DNA from: Oscillospiraceae bacterium
Lineage (GTDB): Bacteria; Bacillota; Clostridia; Oscillospirales; Oscillospiraceae
Direction of reading: 5' to 3'
Length of the DNA stretch: 41,134 bases
Assembly: GCA_017513385.1 (NCBI GenBank)
Contig: JAFXFT010000195.1
Span: 1-41,134 of the forward strand
Shown here: positions 39,177-41,134 of the stretch, in pieces
How the letters are laid out: every line of letters begins with the position of its first letter
Position numbering within the stretch: the stretch's first letter is position 1
Position numbers and translations under genes: made by a program
The notes under the pieces: model-generated
Told to the model about the DNA's origin: nothing
Databases searched by the model: none
What the model saw: only the letters and a program-made list of their open reading frames with translations

Positions 39177-40455
39177 TATGGAACTCGCCCTTTGCGGGGC
39201 TATCTGCATCGACCCGGACCGCATCCTGCCCCGCATCCACGGCCTCGTAGAGTCAGACGACTTCGAGGATGCCAAGTGCGCCGTGATTTTCGATACGGTC
39301 ACCGAAACGGCAAGCCGTGGCCGCACCCTGGACGCGGTGCTCATTGCGGACGCCGTAACGCCCATGTTCTCCTCCCGGGTGGAGGCGGAGGCGTTCATTC
39401 GGTCCTGCATGGAGCTTTGCCCCACGCTTGTCAATGCCGAGCTGCACGCCAAGCGGATACACAAAGCAGCGCGGGACAGGAAGATACGCAGCATCATTGA
39501 CCGCTCCCTGTATTCCGATCTGGACGGCGACGAGCTGGCCGCATCGGTTATCAGCGAGTGTCAGGACTTTCTCAAGGCCGAGCACAGCGCCCGCACGACA
39601 ACGCTGGATGATGCGCTGCAGGCCATGTACAGGGGTCTTGGCGAAAAGGACGGACCGCGCATTGACACCGGTTTCCCCAAGCTGGACAGCATTCTGAAGG
39701 GGCTCCCGGCGGGAAGCCTCACCCTCATCGGTGCAAGACCGTCCGTTGGTAAATCCGCCTTTTCCGAGGATCTGGCGCTTACCGTTGCCCGGCAGGGGAA
39801 GCCCGTACTCCTGTTCTCCATGGAAATGGACGCGGAAGAGCTCGCCGAACGAGCTGCCGCCAGAGAAGCGCTCATACCCCTGAGTGCCTACATCGACAAG
39901 AATCTCACGCAGGAGCAGTATCAGGCAACGGCGGCCGCTTGCAACTATATGGGCCGCTGGCCGCTGCATATCTGCGATGCGCCCAATGTGTCCACGTCAA
40001 AAATCCGGTCTCTGGCCCGGAGCATACCGAACCTTGCGCTTATCATCGTGGACTACATCGGTCTCATGCAGGCTGTAAAATCCAACGACTCGCGAAATCT
40101 GGAGCTTGGTGCTATCTCCCGCGATCTCAAAAACCTTGCGTCCGAGCTGCGCGTTCCCATCGTGGCGCTGGCCCAGCTTAACCGCATGGTTTCGGATACC
40201 CAGAAACCTACACTTGCCAACATCCGCGATTCCGGCGAACTGGAGCAAAACGCCAGCAAGGTGCTCTTCCTCTGGAACGAGGATAAAATGCTCGGCGTTG
40301 TCGGCGTGAGCGTCGCCAAGAACCGGCGCGGCTCGACCGGCGAGGTGTACATGCGCTTCGACGGGAATTACATGAGCTATAAGGAACTATCCGAATACAA
40401 GCCTGCCGAGAGATCGGAAGAAACCAGACAGTTCGGCCAAAAGCGCTGCCTTTGA
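39169..40455 (+). CDS. dnaB: DnaB-family replicative helicase
   Basis: Walker A is GARPSVGKSAF and Walker B-like is LIIVDYIGLM. The sequence also contains VPIVALAQLNR, RDSGELEQNA and NRRG. Confidence 0.9.
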   Translation: MADMELALCGAICIDPDRILPRIHGLVESDDFEDAKCAVIFDTVTETASRGRTLDAVLIADAVTPMFSSRVEAEAFIRSCMELCPTLVNAELHAKRIHKAARDRKIRSIIDRSLYSDLDGDELAASVISECQDFLKAEHSARTTTLDDALQAMYRGLGEKDGPRIDTGFPKLDSILKGLPAGSLTLIGARPSVGKSAFSEDLALTVARQGKPVLLFSMEMDAEELAERAAAREALIPLSAYIDKNLTQEQYQATAAACNYMGRWPLHICDAPNVSTSKIRSLARSIPNLALIIVDYIGLMQAVKSNDSRNLELGAISRDLKNLASELRVPIVALAQLNRMVSDTQKPTLANIRDSGELEQNASKVLFLWNEDKMLGVVGVSVAKNRRGSTGEVYMRFDGNYMSYKELSEYKPAERSEETRQFGQKRCL

Positions 40456-40481
40456 TGCCGACAAACAGAAAGGAGAAAACA

Positions 40482-41134
40482 ATGACGCATTACAAGGGTT
40501 TTGATAAAGACCTCAAGTGCCGGGGGTACCAGTACGAGGTCGACAAGGAATACGAACAGGACGGCAAAGTGAAGTGCTGCGAGAACGGCTTTCACGCCTG
40601 CGAGGCGCCGCTGGCTGTGTTCAACTACTATCCCCCGGCGGAGAGCCGTTACTGCGAGGTGGAGCAGTCCGGCAGCATCCACAAGGATGGCGATAAGACC
40701 GCCAGCAGCAAAATTAAAATCGGCGCTGAAATCGGCATTCCCGGCCTCGTCAAGGCGCACGTGGAGTGGGTCAAGGCGAACGTGAAAACCGAGAGCGCCG
40801 CCACCAATACCGGCTACCGCAGCGCCGCCACCAATACCGGCGACTACAGCGCCGCCACCAATACCGGCGACCGCAGCGCCGCCACCAACACCGGCTACTA
40901 CAGCGCCGCCACCAATACCGGCTACCGCAGCGCCGCCACCAATACCGGCGACTACAGCGCCGCCACCAATACCGGCTACCGCAGCGCCGCCACCAACACC
41001 GGCTACTACAGCGCCGCCACCAACACCGGCTACTACAGCGCCGCCACCAACACCGGCGACCGCAGCGCCGCCACCAATACCGGCGACTACAGCGCCGCCA
41101 CCAAGACCGGCTACCGCAGCGCCGCCACCAACAC
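40482..41134 (+). CDS. 5' part of the 9-aa-repeat protein: unique Cys-containing N-domain plus 12 repeat units; 3'-truncated by the window edge
   Basis: The SD aaaggag lies 7 nt upstream. The sequence is MTHYKGFDKDLKCRGYQYEVDKEYEQDGKVKCCENGFHACEAPLAVFNYYPPAESRYCEVEQSG..., then TG[D/Y][Y/R]SAATN x12. There is no stop before the window end. Confidence 0.85.
   Translation, partial: MTHYKGFDKDLKCRGYQYEVDKEYEQDGKVKCCENGFHACEAPLAVFNYYPPAESRYCEVEQSGSIHKDGDKTASSKIKIGAEIGIPGLVKAHVEWVKANVKTESAATNTGYRSAATNTGDYSAATNTGDRSAATNTGYYSAATNTGYRSAATNTGDYSAATNTGYRSAATNTGYYSAATNTGYYSAATNTGDRSAATNTGDYSAATKTGYRSAATN
40794..41134 (+). repeat. 27-bp in-frame tandem repeat, 12 full units
   Basis: Units start at 40809 and recur every 27 nt to 41132. 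This is the same unit as at 1-243. Confidence 0.97.

Larger units (their letters stand above)
1..41134. mobile_element. Essentially complete temperate phage (prophage-type) genome with a podovirus-like late module
   Basis: The window holds a contiguous terS-terL-portal-scaffold-capsid-tail-lysis arm. It also holds a replication arm (SSAP, SSB, organizer, DnaB) and an integrase plus CI/Cro-like switch. Both window ends lie in the same 27-bp tandem array of one gene. Confidence 0.85.

Noticed and set aside
1-41134. Diversity-generating retroelement or retron as the source of the variable di-residue or of the structured spacer.
   Set aside because: No reverse-transcriptase-like ORF, no template-repeat copy of the array and no msr/msd-type inverted repeats next to an RT were found anywhere in the window.

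Overview
This GC-rich 41.1-kb window reads as one essentially complete temperate phage or prophage genome. The host signature is Gram-positive and Clostridia-like: strong AGGAGG-type Shine-Dalgarno (SD) sites, XhlA, a PG_binding_1 endolysin, InlB-type repeats and a collagen-like fibre. The window is opened inside a tandem-repeat gene, so both ends lie in the same 27-bp array.

Layout:
(i) The + strand early/replication arm runs 34625->41134 and continues 1->7210. It carries Cro-like and other HTH proteins, an Xis-like protein, a DUF1071/Sak3-type annealase, SSB, a replisome organizer with internal 10-bp phased iterons, and DnaB. It then carries the 9-aa-repeat protein, a PD-(D/E)XK nuclease, a frameshifted C5-methyltransferase-like gene, a PAPS-reductase-family protein and a Lar-like protein. 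It ends with an Rnl2-like RNA ligase, a divergent ThyX-like protein, an NrdR-like Zn ribbon, a MazG-like protein and an ArpU/RinA-like late activator.
(ii) The - strand late arm runs 26828->7233. It carries TerS, TerL, portal, scaffold, capsid, XhlA plus holin, a collagen-like fibre, tail proteins, an InlB-repeat receptor-binding protein, a 1562-aa internal/polyvalent protein and the endolysin, followed by a terminator-bracketed moron. I see no tape-measure or tail-tube module, so the phage looks podovirus-like.
(iii) A 0.9-kb non-coding block lies upstream of terS. It has a terminator, a GC-rich palindromic island, short repeats, and a purine/pyrimidine-tract plus G-quadruplex architecture.
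(iv) A ribbon-helix-helix (RHH) repressor with three 16-bp operators sits divergent from a J-domain-protein operon.
(v) The lysogeny region has an attP-like site, a tyrosine integrase, a membrane-anchored HTH protein, a lower-GC island of tiny genes and a CI-like repressor.

Best candidates for something new:
- the perfect 27-bp array encoding a 9-aa repeat with a four-state variable di-residue;
- the 1562-aa virion protein with an embedded nuclease-like module;
- the structured non-coding block upstream of terS;
- the RHH / inverted-repeat / J-domain operon.

All homology statements are motif recognition by eye. No database search was run.
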